Assembly (NCBI GenBank): GCA_036703965.1
Contig: DATNQP010000442.1
Location: 2,247-34,246, forward strand
DNA length: 32,000 bases
From: Leptolyngbyaceae cyanobacterium
Lineage (GTDB): Bacteria > Cyanobacteriota > Cyanobacteriia > Cyanobacteriales > Coleofasciculaceae
Reading direction: 5' to 3'
Of this stretch, positions 15,801 through 24,646 are shown in pieces; the stretch's first letter is position 1; the number at the start of each line of letters is the position of its first letter. The notes beneath the pieces are model-generated. The model did not search any database and was not told where the DNA came from. It saw only the letters and a list, made by a program, of their open reading frames with translations. A program made the position numbers and the translations under genes.

Positions 15801-16481
15801 GTCAAGAAAAATTTGGATGCCCTTAGTGATGGACTTGAAAAAATGGGCATTTTCTCTTCAGAACTAACGGAGGAAACGGTTCAAGCGGTGAGGAAGGCTG
15901 GGGAGATTCAAGATCATCAAGTGGCACAACTCAAGGAAATTGGGCGAGTCGCTGAAGTTAGTGAGGCTGTGAATGCTCTAGAAGAACAGCTTAATCTGGA
16001 ACGCCCTTGGCGCGATATCAGCAGTATTGAGACGCATCTGCAAGCCATCTGCGAACACTATAAAGCCGTGCGTCTGGAACTGATAAACCGTCAAGAGAAG
16101 CAAGCTGAGGAAGTTCAGGAACAGATTAAGCGGCGACAAGGCTTTAACAGAGTGAGTGCAGATAAAGCACTGTATGTTGTTCGTCCCATTCAAAAGGCAC
16201 GCTATGACACAACTGAGGATTCGTTGTATCCCTCTTTAATTCAGTTGCGAGATACAGCGTTGCTCAAGCTTCAAGAAGCAGCACAGGAGGCAAATGACAA
16301 TCTTGACAACCTGCTATCCCAGGATGAGCAGGTACAGGTACAGGTGGTGCAACTGGCACTCATCGACAGTTTGAGAAACCGCGAGGTGAGTACGGAACAA
16401 GAGGTGGAGGCGTTGGTGAACGAGTTACGCGATCGCTTGCTGGCACAGCTTAAGGAAAATACTCGCATCCGTATTATTTAA
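12852..16481 (+). CDS. brxC: BREX ATPase BrxC/PglY
   Basis: 1209 aa. Walker A GFYGSGKSSFAKLLG and Walker B-like LFLVVDEVSQY. Size, N-terminal region and a long coiled C-terminal part are typical of BrxC. Confidence 0.85.
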   Translation: MLVKEVFAADVTRDIAPVIYFHEQEPAKVLAEVSEYIITGGYPETDPRHRRIQSGIHEQFVRLLLSLAAELRKPQGTELPAVWISGFYGSGKSSFAKLLGLALDGVTLPDRRTVAEALLARDDSPKAKEFREAWEEVRRQIDPIAVVFDIGAVARDDEHIHSAVKRQVQARLGYCPNSYVANFELKLELDGKWDEFLAQAQKTLSQPWLELKDSQLADEDFSLVMHEMYPDRYTDPMTWYDSHIASQDQSGSSVAETTKAIAAMLRHRAAGKTLFLVVDEVSQYIYQNDNRMLKLQSFVADLGQKLKSTVWLFATGQQKLEDSDDESNIGKLKDRFPPKLRVHLDPANIRDVVHKRLLKKSATKEPQLRSLFGQHRSDLKLYGYSCDSITEEDFLEVYPMLPGYVDLLMQITSNLRVRSTRTKGDDYAIRGLLQLLGELFRTQNLGEQELGALVTLDSIFEVQQSALDADMQNTLSRVFSHPEVASDDMAIKVTKVVSLLELIQEQQPTTTKFISQCLYEQLGRGNNEAIVQQALDKLRDLGFISYSDKLGYKIQSSAGQEWQREREEHSVPDDDISLIVSEKVKDLLGTVENPSYKGKKFRWTAFYTDNRQRKDERLQKVTDLDVIAVDFRYLTKTEDRDTTTWVQTSDSPLLRNRLLWVVGTPAEVKSLVRELARSRHILNRYGSRLQSISKDKQRLYFEEQSRCEELEKQAKDAITKAFMDGELYFRGRQIDKREHGTSFATVLHRVGESILPDLYNQYVDIAITPTELAQLLEPTLSGPSSKFMQQGLGILELDAGKYVPTCNGQVPSRILQYITDYNGASTVSIVNDFGGPPYGYSADAIKACLVGLLRASKIRIRPESGAEITSIRDPGTKDIFQKDRDFKRSDILPESGQGISARDRNKICKFFKDYLQVDLDRENDAIADEVFNWFPGRAKVLQELEKQYSRLPNRPELPDSLLKLRTALEDCMRSRQVEATVLAVKKNLDALSDGLEKMGIFSSELTEETVQAVRKAGEIQDHQVAQLKEIGRVAEVSEAVNALEEQLNLERPWRDISSIETHLQAICEHYKAVRLELINRQEKQAEEVQEQIKRRQGFNRVSADKALYVVRPIQKARYDTTEDSLYPSLIQLRDTALLKLQEAAQEANDNLDNLLSQDEQVQVQVVQLALIDSLRNREVSTEQEVEALVNELRDRLLAQLKENTRIRII

Positions 16482-16506
16482 CCCGATCGCCATTACTTTT
16501 GATTTG

Positions 16507-19500
16507 ATGAAAACGAACTACCTAACTCCAGAAGCCAAATTTAAACTCTCCAATACAGTTCGGGAACTGTGCGTTAGCCTGCTTAGGGATATTCACAATG
16601 CGGCAGATAGCGTCTATCGCCTGTCTATTCCCTTGAGTAAGGCGGGGTTGGCTGAGGAGCAACGGATTAAACGGGAGCGTTTGGAAAAATGGCTCGACGA
16701 GCAGGCGCGGAGTGAGGCGAGGGGGAAAAAGGAAACTAGAGAACAGGCAAATGCTCGTTATCGCTTGCAGGCGGAGAAGTTGGCGGCGGCAACGTTTTTA
16801 AACCGGATTGTCGTCATCAAGCAGATGGAAGCAATGGGGTTAATTAAACCTGCGGTGTTGACGGGAGGTTGGCAGAGTCCAGCTTATCGGGAGTTTCGGG
16901 AGTTTGCCCCGGATTTGCTTAAGGATGAAACCGAAGGGTTTGGGACGCTGTTGCAGTTACTCTATGACGAATTGGCGCTGGATTTGCCGGGGTTGTTTGG
17001 GGATGTGGGGGTAACGTCGCTGTTTCCCATTCCAGCGAGTACGTTACGGGCAACGATTGAGGTATTGGACAATCCAGAGCTAAAAACGGCTTGGTTGGAT
17101 GATACGACATTGGGGTGGGTGTATCAGTATTGGAATGACCCGGAACGGGAAGAACTGGATAAAAAGCTGAATGCTGGGGGCAAGGTGGAACCTCATGAGG
17201 TTGCCAGCAAGACGCAGATGTTTACCGAACGCTACATGGTGGAGTGGTTGCTGCACAACAGCTTAGGGCAGATGTGGCTGGCAATTTGTGAGAAGCAGGG
17301 ATGGACGGCGGAAGTACAGGCAGACGGAACGCTCGATCGCTTGGAAGAACGACGCAAAGTTTGGCGAGAGAAGCGGGAGAAGGGGGAGGTTGCCCTTGAT
17401 GCATTGATGCCGATCAAGTCGGAGGCTGAGGAACGCTGGAAATATTGGGTGCCACAACCGTTAACCGATGCCGCAGTTGCCCATGCACCCAAAAGTATTT
17501 GGGATATAAAGCTCCTCGATCCGGCGTGTGGGTCGGGGCATTTTCTAGTGATTGCATTTGGGTTATTGTTTGCGCTGTATCAGGAGGAAGCGCGGCATCG
17601 GGGTGAGGAGTGGAGCGACAAGGAAATTGTTGAATCTATTCTGTCTAACAACTTGTACGGGGTGGATATTGATGCGCGATCGGTTCAGATAGCAGCAGCA
17701 GCGTTGTTGTTGAAGGCGAAGTCGCTGTGTCGGGATGCAGAACTAAAGGCTGTAAATTTGGTTGCGTCTGACCTCAATTTGTCGGCGTTACCAGAGAATG
17801 ACCCGGCATTGGTAGAGCTTCGACAGCAAGTGACAGAAGCAACGGGTATCCCGGAAGAGTTGACGAATCAGATTGTGCAGGCATTGAAGGGGGCAGATCA
17901 GTGGGGTAGTCTGCTGAAGATCGATCGCGAAGTGGAGAAAGCGATCGCCTACTACGAGCAGACCCTTGCCCGTCCGGTTCAAGGGAATTTGTTTGCCCAG
18001 GAGTCCGCTCTCAATCCTCGACCTCCCATACCTGCCTCCCCTAACCGCAAAGACATTCTTCTCGAAAAACTAGAACAGTTTCTCAGCCGTCGTACCAGTG
18101 GGGATGATTTGGGTTTGCGCTTGCGGGGAGAACAGTTAACGGCTGGAGTCCGGTTTATTCGGCTGATTCGAGAGAATGCCTATGATGTTGTGGTTGGAAA
18201 TCCGCCCTATCAAGGTGCTAGCAAAATGGATGATGCGAAATATTTGGTTAGGCATTACTCCAAAGGCAAAGCAGATCTATTTGCAGCCTTCTTGGAAAGA
18301 GGTTTAGAACTGGTCAAGCCAGGAGGCAACTCGGCGCTGTTAACCATGCGAAACTGGATGTTTCTTAACCAGTATTCAGAGATTCGGGAGTATTTGCTTG
18401 ATAATTTTGATTTGCGCGTATTAGGAGATTTAGATCAAGCTGCTTTTGAGGATGTGACAAACTCAGAAGTTTTGACCGTTGTTATGAGTGTGTTTGTAAA
18501 AAATCGACCAATTGAAAAAATCAGTGTAGCTCTACGATGGGTTCAAGTTGATGAGGGGGTCTATGACAGAGGACGGACGAGACGTAAGATAGCAGCCTTT
18601 CTAACACAAGCAAAGCGATTTGAATTTCATAGCGATCGCTTTGATGTGATTAAGGAGAAGCCGCTCATTTATTGGTGGGATGATGAATTTCTCAATACTT
18701 ATAGTGATACTCCTAAACTAGGTGAATTATCGGAAGTAAGAGCGGGTTTGAATACCAGCAGTAATGAGCGGTATATTCGCTTAATTTGGGAAGTAGATCC
18801 CAAAAATGTCTTCTTAAACAAAGAATTTACGTTAAATCGCTGGAATTCATTCTTTTCCTGGGTACCAACTGTTATGGGTGCAAAGGGAAAAAGATGGCTA
18901 GCTCCCCTACTTAATGTTGTTCTTTGGAAGTTTAACGGACTCGAAATGAAAGTGATGCATGAAAACCGATGGGGAAGCCATAGTAAGCGAGTCCAAAACG
19001 AATCAAAGTACTTCGTCCGGGGTGTTGCCTTCCCAAAAATTAGTTCTGAATTCGTTGCTAGAGCATATACATTCACAAGCATCTTTAATGATGCTGCACC
19101 ATCAGTATTTCCAAATGATATAGCTGGTGTTACTTGTTTGCTTAATAGCACTCTGGCACGCGATGTAATGAGAGCGCTAAATCCGACCGTAAATTTCCAA
19201 GTCGGAGACGTAAACCGTCTCCCCCTCTTCCCTATCGAATCTGCTGATGAAATCTTCACCAAACTAGACGTAGCATTTACCGAACACGAAGCCGCCCGTG
19301 AAACCTCAGTCGAATTCAAAAAACCCGGACGTTCCGCTTGGAACTATGCCCAAGACTGGGCGCAACGTGCCGTAGATCGAGAACCCGGAACCCCCCTCCC
19401 CGACTATCAACCCATCTACGAAGATCCACCCCCTACTAACTTTGTCTCCTATGCAATCGGCGTTGCCCTTGGGCGCTTTGGTGCAAATGGTGGAGGCATC

Positions 19501-20523
19501 CTCAACGAAGCACCCAAGAATGCCCTCCCCAACGGCATCCTCTACCTCTCCACCTACTCCGAAAAAGACAGCCTCCAACACCCCGCCTACCAAATCATTA
19601 AAGACGCATGGACAGAACACAGCAACGCTATTACCAAAAACACCCCCTTGAAAAAATGGCTGCGCGAGTCCTTCTTCAAAGACGTACACCTGGGAATGTA
19701 TGAAAGCCGCCCCATCTACTTCCCTCTCTCCTCCGCCAAGAAAAACTTTGTTGCCTTCGTCAGCATTCATCGCTGGCAAGACAACACCCTGCAAACTCTC
19801 CTCGCTGACTACCTCTACCCCGAACTCAACACCATTGAAGGCGAACTCAGCGACTTAATAGACGCCCGCCACCAGGGTGATAAAAAGGACAGAGCAAAAG
19901 CTGAAAAATGCTACAGCGAAGTCCAGAAACTCTACGAAGAACTCAAAACTTTTTGCGATAAAGTCAGTCAGTGCGCCGAACAGGGACCGCCCCCCGCTAA
20001 CCCCAAAGATACCCGCCGAGAAGCTGATGCCCGTTTCCAAATGGATCTCGATGACGGCGTAATGATAAATAGTGCCGCCCTCTGGTCACTCCTCGAACCC
20101 CAGTGGACAAAACCAAAAACTTGGTGGTCAGAACTGTGCAACGCCCAAGGCAAAAAAGACTACGACTGGGCGCACCTCGCCGCCCGTTACTTCCCCAAAC
20201 GGGTCGATGAAAAATGTCAAAAAGATCCCTCCCTCGCTGTTGCCCACGGCTGTTTTTGGAAATACCATCCCGCCAAAGCCTATGCCTGGGAACTGCGCCT
20301 GCAAGACGAAATTAGTCCCGACTTTACCATTGAAGAAAACTCCGATGCACTCCGCCAGGAATTTGAAGAAAAGCATCCTCAACTGGTAGAGGACTTAATT
20401 GAAGCGGAAGACAAGCGCCGAGAACGCAAGCGCAAGAAAGAAGAGGACTCAGAAGCTTATGGTCCTCTCTTTGATTCTGAAAGCACTGATGAAAGTATTA
20501 CACAGGAAATTCTTGAGGATTAG
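16507..20523 (+). CDS. pglX: BREX N6-adenine DNA methyltransferase PglX
   Basis: SAM-binding motif I LLDPACGSGHFL and catalytic motif IV VVGNPPYQG. About 1338 aa. The ATG at 16507 is preferred over the TTG at 16504. Confidence 0.9.
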   Translation: MKTNYLTPEAKFKLSNTVRELCVSLLRDIHNAADSVYRLSIPLSKAGLAEEQRIKRERLEKWLDEQARSEARGKKETREQANARYRLQAEKLAAATFLNRIVVIKQMEAMGLIKPAVLTGGWQSPAYREFREFAPDLLKDETEGFGTLLQLLYDELALDLPGLFGDVGVTSLFPIPASTLRATIEVLDNPELKTAWLDDTTLGWVYQYWNDPEREELDKKLNAGGKVEPHEVASKTQMFTERYMVEWLLHNSLGQMWLAICEKQGWTAEVQADGTLDRLEERRKVWREKREKGEVALDALMPIKSEAEERWKYWVPQPLTDAAVAHAPKSIWDIKLLDPACGSGHFLVIAFGLLFALYQEEARHRGEEWSDKEIVESILSNNLYGVDIDARSVQIAAAALLLKAKSLCRDAELKAVNLVASDLNLSALPENDPALVELRQQVTEATGIPEELTNQIVQALKGADQWGSLLKIDREVEKAIAYYEQTLARPVQGNLFAQESALNPRPPIPASPNRKDILLEKLEQFLSRRTSGDDLGLRLRGEQLTAGVRFIRLIRENAYDVVVGNPPYQGASKMDDAKYLVRHYSKGKADLFAAFLERGLELVKPGGNSALLTMRNWMFLNQYSEIREYLLDNFDLRVLGDLDQAAFEDVTNSEVLTVVMSVFVKNRPIEKISVALRWVQVDEGVYDRGRTRRKIAAFLTQAKRFEFHSDRFDVIKEKPLIYWWDDEFLNTYSDTPKLGELSEVRAGLNTSSNERYIRLIWEVDPKNVFLNKEFTLNRWNSFFSWVPTVMGAKGKRWLAPLLNVVLWKFNGLEMKVMHENRWGSHSKRVQNESKYFVRGVAFPKISSEFVARAYTFTSIFNDAAPSVFPNDIAGVTCLLNSTLARDVMRALNPTVNFQVGDVNRLPLFPIESADEIFTKLDVAFTEHEAARETSVEFKKPGRSAWNYAQDWAQRAVDREPGTPLPDYQPIYEDPPPTNFVSYAIGVALGRFGANGGGILNEAPKNALPNGILYLSTYSEKDSLQHPAYQIIKDAWTEHSNAITKNTPLKKWLRESFFKDVHLGMYESRPIYFPLSSAKKNFVAFVSIHRWQDNTLQTLLADYLYPELNTIEGELSDLIDARHQGDKKDRAKAEKCYSEVQKLYEELKTFCDKVSQCAEQGPPPANPKDTRREADARFQMDLDDGVMINSAALWSLLEPQWTKPKTWWSELCNAQGKKDYDWAHLAARYFPKRVDEKCQKDPSLAVAHGCFWKYHPAKAYAWELRLQDEISPDFTIEENSDALRQEFEEKHPQLVEDLIEAEDKRRERKRKKEEDSEAYGPLFDSESTDESITQEILED

Positions 20524-20525
20524 AT

Positions 20526-21656
20526 ATGAGTCCGATGATAGGTGAAGACGACCTTCTTGAGAGACGCTACATCAATAAATTTCGTGCATTAATTGAACCA
20601 TTTGGTGAATTTATTAAATATGAATACGATCGAGCTGCTATAGATCTTGGATTACACCTTACTGAATCTTCCACAACAAAAGAAGGGACAGAAATAGAAA
20701 ATGTTTCTAATACGAGAGTATGGTTTCAATTAAAAGGGTTACATAAAAATACATTAAGCAGAGAGCAGTACGAAAAGAAAGAATTCGTTAGTTATCCAAT
20801 AAGAGTAGACCAAGTTAAGTTTTGGTATGCCTCGCCTGAACCAATCTATTTTACTATTTATATTGAATCAGTAGATGTATTTTTGTCCGAGGACATTAGA
20901 GATATTGTTGATAAAAACTGGGGAGAAGCAATTCTAAATCCAGCAACCCTTGGTGAGCAGGAAAAGGTAAGTCTAAGATTAGAGAAAGATTCGGTACTTA
21001 CGGAAGAACGTGTCAGAGACATGATCAGACATCGCTCTCTACGAATTGATGGACCATCTTTTCGTGGACGACCGTTAGGGCATAGATTAGACCCTTTAAG
21101 ATGTTCTCTAGAGCAAATGGAACCAGCAGTATTCCATGCGGTAGTAATGCGACTTTTAGAGGAGCATGGATATGAAATTGAAGAAACCATTGCTCCGAAG
21201 AGTCTTTTTCCAGATGGCTCAGATGATGTTGCTGTTCTTTTGTATGGAACTTTACATTTTACTTACGAATGGGTTTATCAACTGACAACACAATTTGCAC
21301 CTGATAGCAGTGGCTTCAGTATAGAAGGTTCTCCTTGCACTGCTCAAGGTAAATGTGCGGTTTTGATACATAGTAAAGTTTCAAATTATCCTCATCTAGA
21401 AGCTAGTAAAGAGATGATTGAGGTAATAAAAAATAAAGGGATAGAGCATTTTCTGGTTTTCACAAACTTGGAAATTCTGGATAAAGTAGAGTATGTTTCT
21501 CCTTTTGTTTCAGCTCAAAACGCAACCAATTTCAATGTAGGTATATTACCACAAGGATTAAGTGAATTAGCTTTTTCTATTTTAGTAGCAACGCTTGTTT
21601 ATTTGGATTTTAGAGACAAGATTTCATTCAAAATAGTTAATTATTTATGGTCGTGA
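20526..21656 (+). CDS. DUF4365-like (PD-(D/E)xK nuclease fold) protein with an uncharacterised C-terminal domain, embedded in the BREX operon
   Basis: 376 aa. The N-terminal part fits the DUF4365 pattern: LLERRY..., AIDLGLHL, then about 29 residues later VWFQLKGL, then VKFWYASPEPIYFTIYIE. The ATG is 2 nt after the pglX stop, with GAGGA 8 nt upstream. Composition is strongly AT-shifted and there are no HIP1 sites. Confidence 0.5.
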   Translation: MSPMIGEDDLLERRYINKFRALIEPFGEFIKYEYDRAAIDLGLHLTESSTTKEGTEIENVSNTRVWFQLKGLHKNTLSREQYEKKEFVSYPIRVDQVKFWYASPEPIYFTIYIESVDVFLSEDIRDIVDKNWGEAILNPATLGEQEKVSLRLEKDSVLTEERVRDMIRHRSLRIDGPSFRGRPLGHRLDPLRCSLEQMEPAVFHAVVMRLLEEHGYEIEETIAPKSLFPDGSDDVAVLLYGTLHFTYEWVYQLTTQFAPDSSGFSIEGSPCTAQGKCAVLIHSKVSNYPHLEASKEMIEVIKNKGIEHFLVFTNLEILDKVEYVSPFVSAQNATNFNVGILPQGLSELAFSILVATLVYLDFRDKISFKIVNYLWS

Positions 21657-21717
21657 CTCTTCAACTTAAACTCAAATACTATTCTTCAACATTTAACTAG
21701 CCTTTCCAAGTCAAGCC

Positions 21718-24615
21718 ATGAATCAACTAGGTTCCATCACTAATGTTTTAGAAGAAGAACTGAAGCGGGAACTGCGCCACCACGGAACTGTCATCTGGCT
21801 GGATAAAGACGGGCATTACACCCCCTACGTTGACCAACTGGCGGAACGTCACGCCCAAGGGGATTTCTTTGCCCCTGTCATTCCCTTCCGAGGCAGTTAC
21901 CTGGAGATGATGCTTGCCCTAGAGAACTACGGTAATGGACTCGATCCCGAACGTCTCCTCATCCACATGCCGGGTCATACCGATAAGACAATCCATAAAA
22001 CCCCGATGCTGGAACTCTATCAGGCAGGCAAGCGCTTTCGCAAAGCACTGACAACCCTCATCCGCGAAGCTGCCAGCGGTCGCGTGGGACCAGCAGAAAT
22101 CGAAAATTATCTCAGTCGTGAAGTATCCGACCTTGCCAGTGCCGAAGAATGGCTGCAAGGGGCAATGTCCCAGCCTAAAGAAGGACTGGCAGGCGAACTA
22201 AAAAACTTTAAACCTGAAGAACTCCTGAATAGACTGCTAATTCAAGATAAAGACTTAGAATCTAAGGTTATTGACGAAGCGGCTCTCAACACCCTGATAG
22301 ACTATTTCTACCGCCACACGGGAATAGACCGTGCCTTTGTTGACTTTTTCCTCAGTGGCGAACGCTTATCCTACCAAAATCTCGGCAATGCCTTAGTTGG
22401 GTGGCTGATGTGCGTCGAATACGTCCACGACCTCCATCGCCCTCCTCATCTCGACGAACTAAAACCCCTCTCTCGTCTCTCCAAACCTCTACAGGACACT
22501 TGCGATCGCCTCATCGCATACCTGCGCCAACAACACGAGCAAACCTATATTGAACAGTCAGATTATACCGAGTCCCGCCTGCAACGGGAACTCGACGCCA
22601 TGACTCCGGAAGACTTAGGACAGCTCGACACGTTCCGATGGGAAGAGATTAGAGTTTTAGAAAGTGCAGTCCAAGCACTCCTTGCCGCTAACTGGGAAAA
22701 AGCCCTCAACTGGGCAACCTCGCGCACCGAAACCGAATCATTTTGGTTGCAACGCGATCGCGCCCGTCAGTTAGTTTGGTCGTTGGTACGCGACGGGGCA
22801 ACCCTCGGTCAGGCATTGAAAAATGCAGGTCGTCCTCTGAAAAACCTGCACAGCCTCAGAGAAGTACTTGACTATTACACCGAAATAGGCTACCAAATCG
22901 ATAAACTTCACCGCCACTTCGAGCAGCAACGGTTTAAGCTTCTAGAAACTACCCTACCCCACTATGCCGAGCTTCGAGAAGCGGCTACCCAACTTCGCAA
23001 ACACTACCGCGTATGGGCAGATACCCTCGCTGAAGACTTTGCCAAAATCTGTACTTCAGAGGGGTTTCTTCCCGATAAAGACTTACAGCAGCGCACCCTC
23101 TACGACCAAGTGGTGCATCCTCTAACTCAGGGGAATCACCAAGTTGCCTACTTTATCATCGATGCCTTCCGCTACGAAATGGCAACCGAACTGTTACCGG
23201 AATTTGCCGGAACGGGAACAACCGTTCACTTACAAGCTCGTTACTGCGAACTTCCCACTATTACTGCCATTGGCATGAACGCCCTAGCTCCCGTTCACCA
23301 GTCTGGGCGACTCGTCCTCGCAGGCAGTAAAGATTTTAATGGCTTTAAAACAGGGGAATACACCGTGCGAACCCCCGCTGAGCGCGTTCGGGCAATGGAA
23401 GAAAAAAGCGTTAATAATCGCAGTAAAGGACGCCAGAAGCCACGACCCGTTAAACTATCTGAGGTTTGTAATTGGTCAACCACCAGCCTAAAAAAAAGCT
23501 GCGCTGGGGCAGAGCTAATTGTCGTTCACAGCCAAGAAATTGACGATGCGGGGGAAGCCAATATCGGACTGGCAACCTTTGAAACCTGGCTGCAACAAAT
23601 CAAATCCGCTTGGAATCATCTTAAGAGTATTGGCATTAAAGAGTTTGTGTTTACTGCCGATCACGGCTTTTTACTTCAAGACGAAACAACCAAAGAAATT
23701 TCGTATGGCACTAACCCCAAACGCCGCTACGTCCGGAGGGACGAACAACGCCTAGAGGACGGTATGGTGGCAGTCTCCCTGAGTGCCCTCAACTATGAGG
23801 GACAAGACGGCTACCTGCTCTTTCGTAAAGACACAGCCGTTTTTGACACGGGCAATCGTGGCGCAACCTTTGTCCACGGTGGCAATAGCCTGCAAGAGCG
23901 GGTGATTCCCGTGTTAACCGTTTCCCAGCGCCTGCCAACCAGTACAGGGGTAGCCAAGTACATTATTGAAGCCGAGGTCAAATCAGAGGTACTGACCTAT
24001 AGCCGCATTGCGTTGCGAGTTAAACCCGCTCCTATGGCGCTCGGTGGGTTAACCTTTGTCGGAGCCGATACCGTGACTCTGGCATTGCGCGTCCGCGATC
24101 TGCGCTTCGCAGCAGCGCTTCGCTATCGCTCTGATATCCAAGTTACGATTAGAGACGCACCGGGGATAGAGGTGAAAAATCAGCAACTTCTCCTCAAGGT
24201 CGAAGGAGACTGGGCTGAAGTCTTCTTCGATTTGAAAGGCGATCGCGATGAGCGGGTACGTGTCGAGGTTTTTCATCCTGACGCGATCGAGGATATTGAC
24301 CCCATTACCCTGCCTGCCTACTTCAACGTCTCTGGCTCGTCCGCAGGCGAGACGACTCCAACCAAAGAAGCGGCAACGGAAGCAGTACGCGAGACAGACT
24401 GGAAGGAAAGTTTTGAAGACCCTGCTATCATGAATGTCTTCTTACACCTGCAACAGCACGGTTCTCTCACTGAGGAGGAGTTGAGCCAAATGCTCGGAAA
24501 TCCCCGACAGGCAAGGCGTTTTTCCAGAGATTTCGAGCAATACGTCGAAAAAGTTCCCTTCTCCGTCAGGATTGAAACAACGAGCAGTGGTAAACGTTAT
24601 GTGAAACAAAACTAG
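21718..24615 (+). CDS. pglZ: BREX alkaline-phosphatase-superfamily protein PglZ
   Basis: 965 aa. It has a PglZ-type core (YFIIDAFRYEMATEL ... FVFTADHGF ... HGGNSLQERVIP). It sits after pglX and before brxD. Confidence 0.85.
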   Translation: MNQLGSITNVLEEELKRELRHHGTVIWLDKDGHYTPYVDQLAERHAQGDFFAPVIPFRGSYLEMMLALENYGNGLDPERLLIHMPGHTDKTIHKTPMLELYQAGKRFRKALTTLIREAASGRVGPAEIENYLSREVSDLASAEEWLQGAMSQPKEGLAGELKNFKPEELLNRLLIQDKDLESKVIDEAALNTLIDYFYRHTGIDRAFVDFFLSGERLSYQNLGNALVGWLMCVEYVHDLHRPPHLDELKPLSRLSKPLQDTCDRLIAYLRQQHEQTYIEQSDYTESRLQRELDAMTPEDLGQLDTFRWEEIRVLESAVQALLAANWEKALNWATSRTETESFWLQRDRARQLVWSLVRDGATLGQALKNAGRPLKNLHSLREVLDYYTEIGYQIDKLHRHFEQQRFKLLETTLPHYAELREAATQLRKHYRVWADTLAEDFAKICTSEGFLPDKDLQQRTLYDQVVHPLTQGNHQVAYFIIDAFRYEMATELLPEFAGTGTTVHLQARYCELPTITAIGMNALAPVHQSGRLVLAGSKDFNGFKTGEYTVRTPAERVRAMEEKSVNNRSKGRQKPRPVKLSEVCNWSTTSLKKSCAGAELIVVHSQEIDDAGEANIGLATFETWLQQIKSAWNHLKSIGIKEFVFTADHGFLLQDETTKEISYGTNPKRRYVRRDEQRLEDGMVAVSLSALNYEGQDGYLLFRKDTAVFDTGNRGATFVHGGNSLQERVIPVLTVSQRLPTSTGVAKYIIEAEVKSEVLTYSRIALRVKPAPMALGGLTFVGADTVTLALRVRDLRFAAALRYRSDIQVTIRDAPGIEVKNQQLLLKVEGDWAEVFFDLKGDRDERVRVEVFHPDAIEDIDPITLPAYFNVSGSSAGETTPTKEAATEAVRETDWKESFEDPAIMNVFLHLQQHGSLTEEELSQMLGNPRQARRFSRDFEQYVEKVPFSVRIETTSSGKRYVKQN

Positions 24616-24646
24616 AGAAGGCAGAGCGGCAAAACAACTAGAAATT

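Noticed and set aside
16919-20389. Many 60-206-aa ORFs on both strands inside pglX (for example 18699-19319 and 19306-19794, minus strand)
   Set aside because: They are shadow frames inside a well-supported 1338-aa methyltransferase gene. Their composition is low-complexity or biased and they show no motifs.
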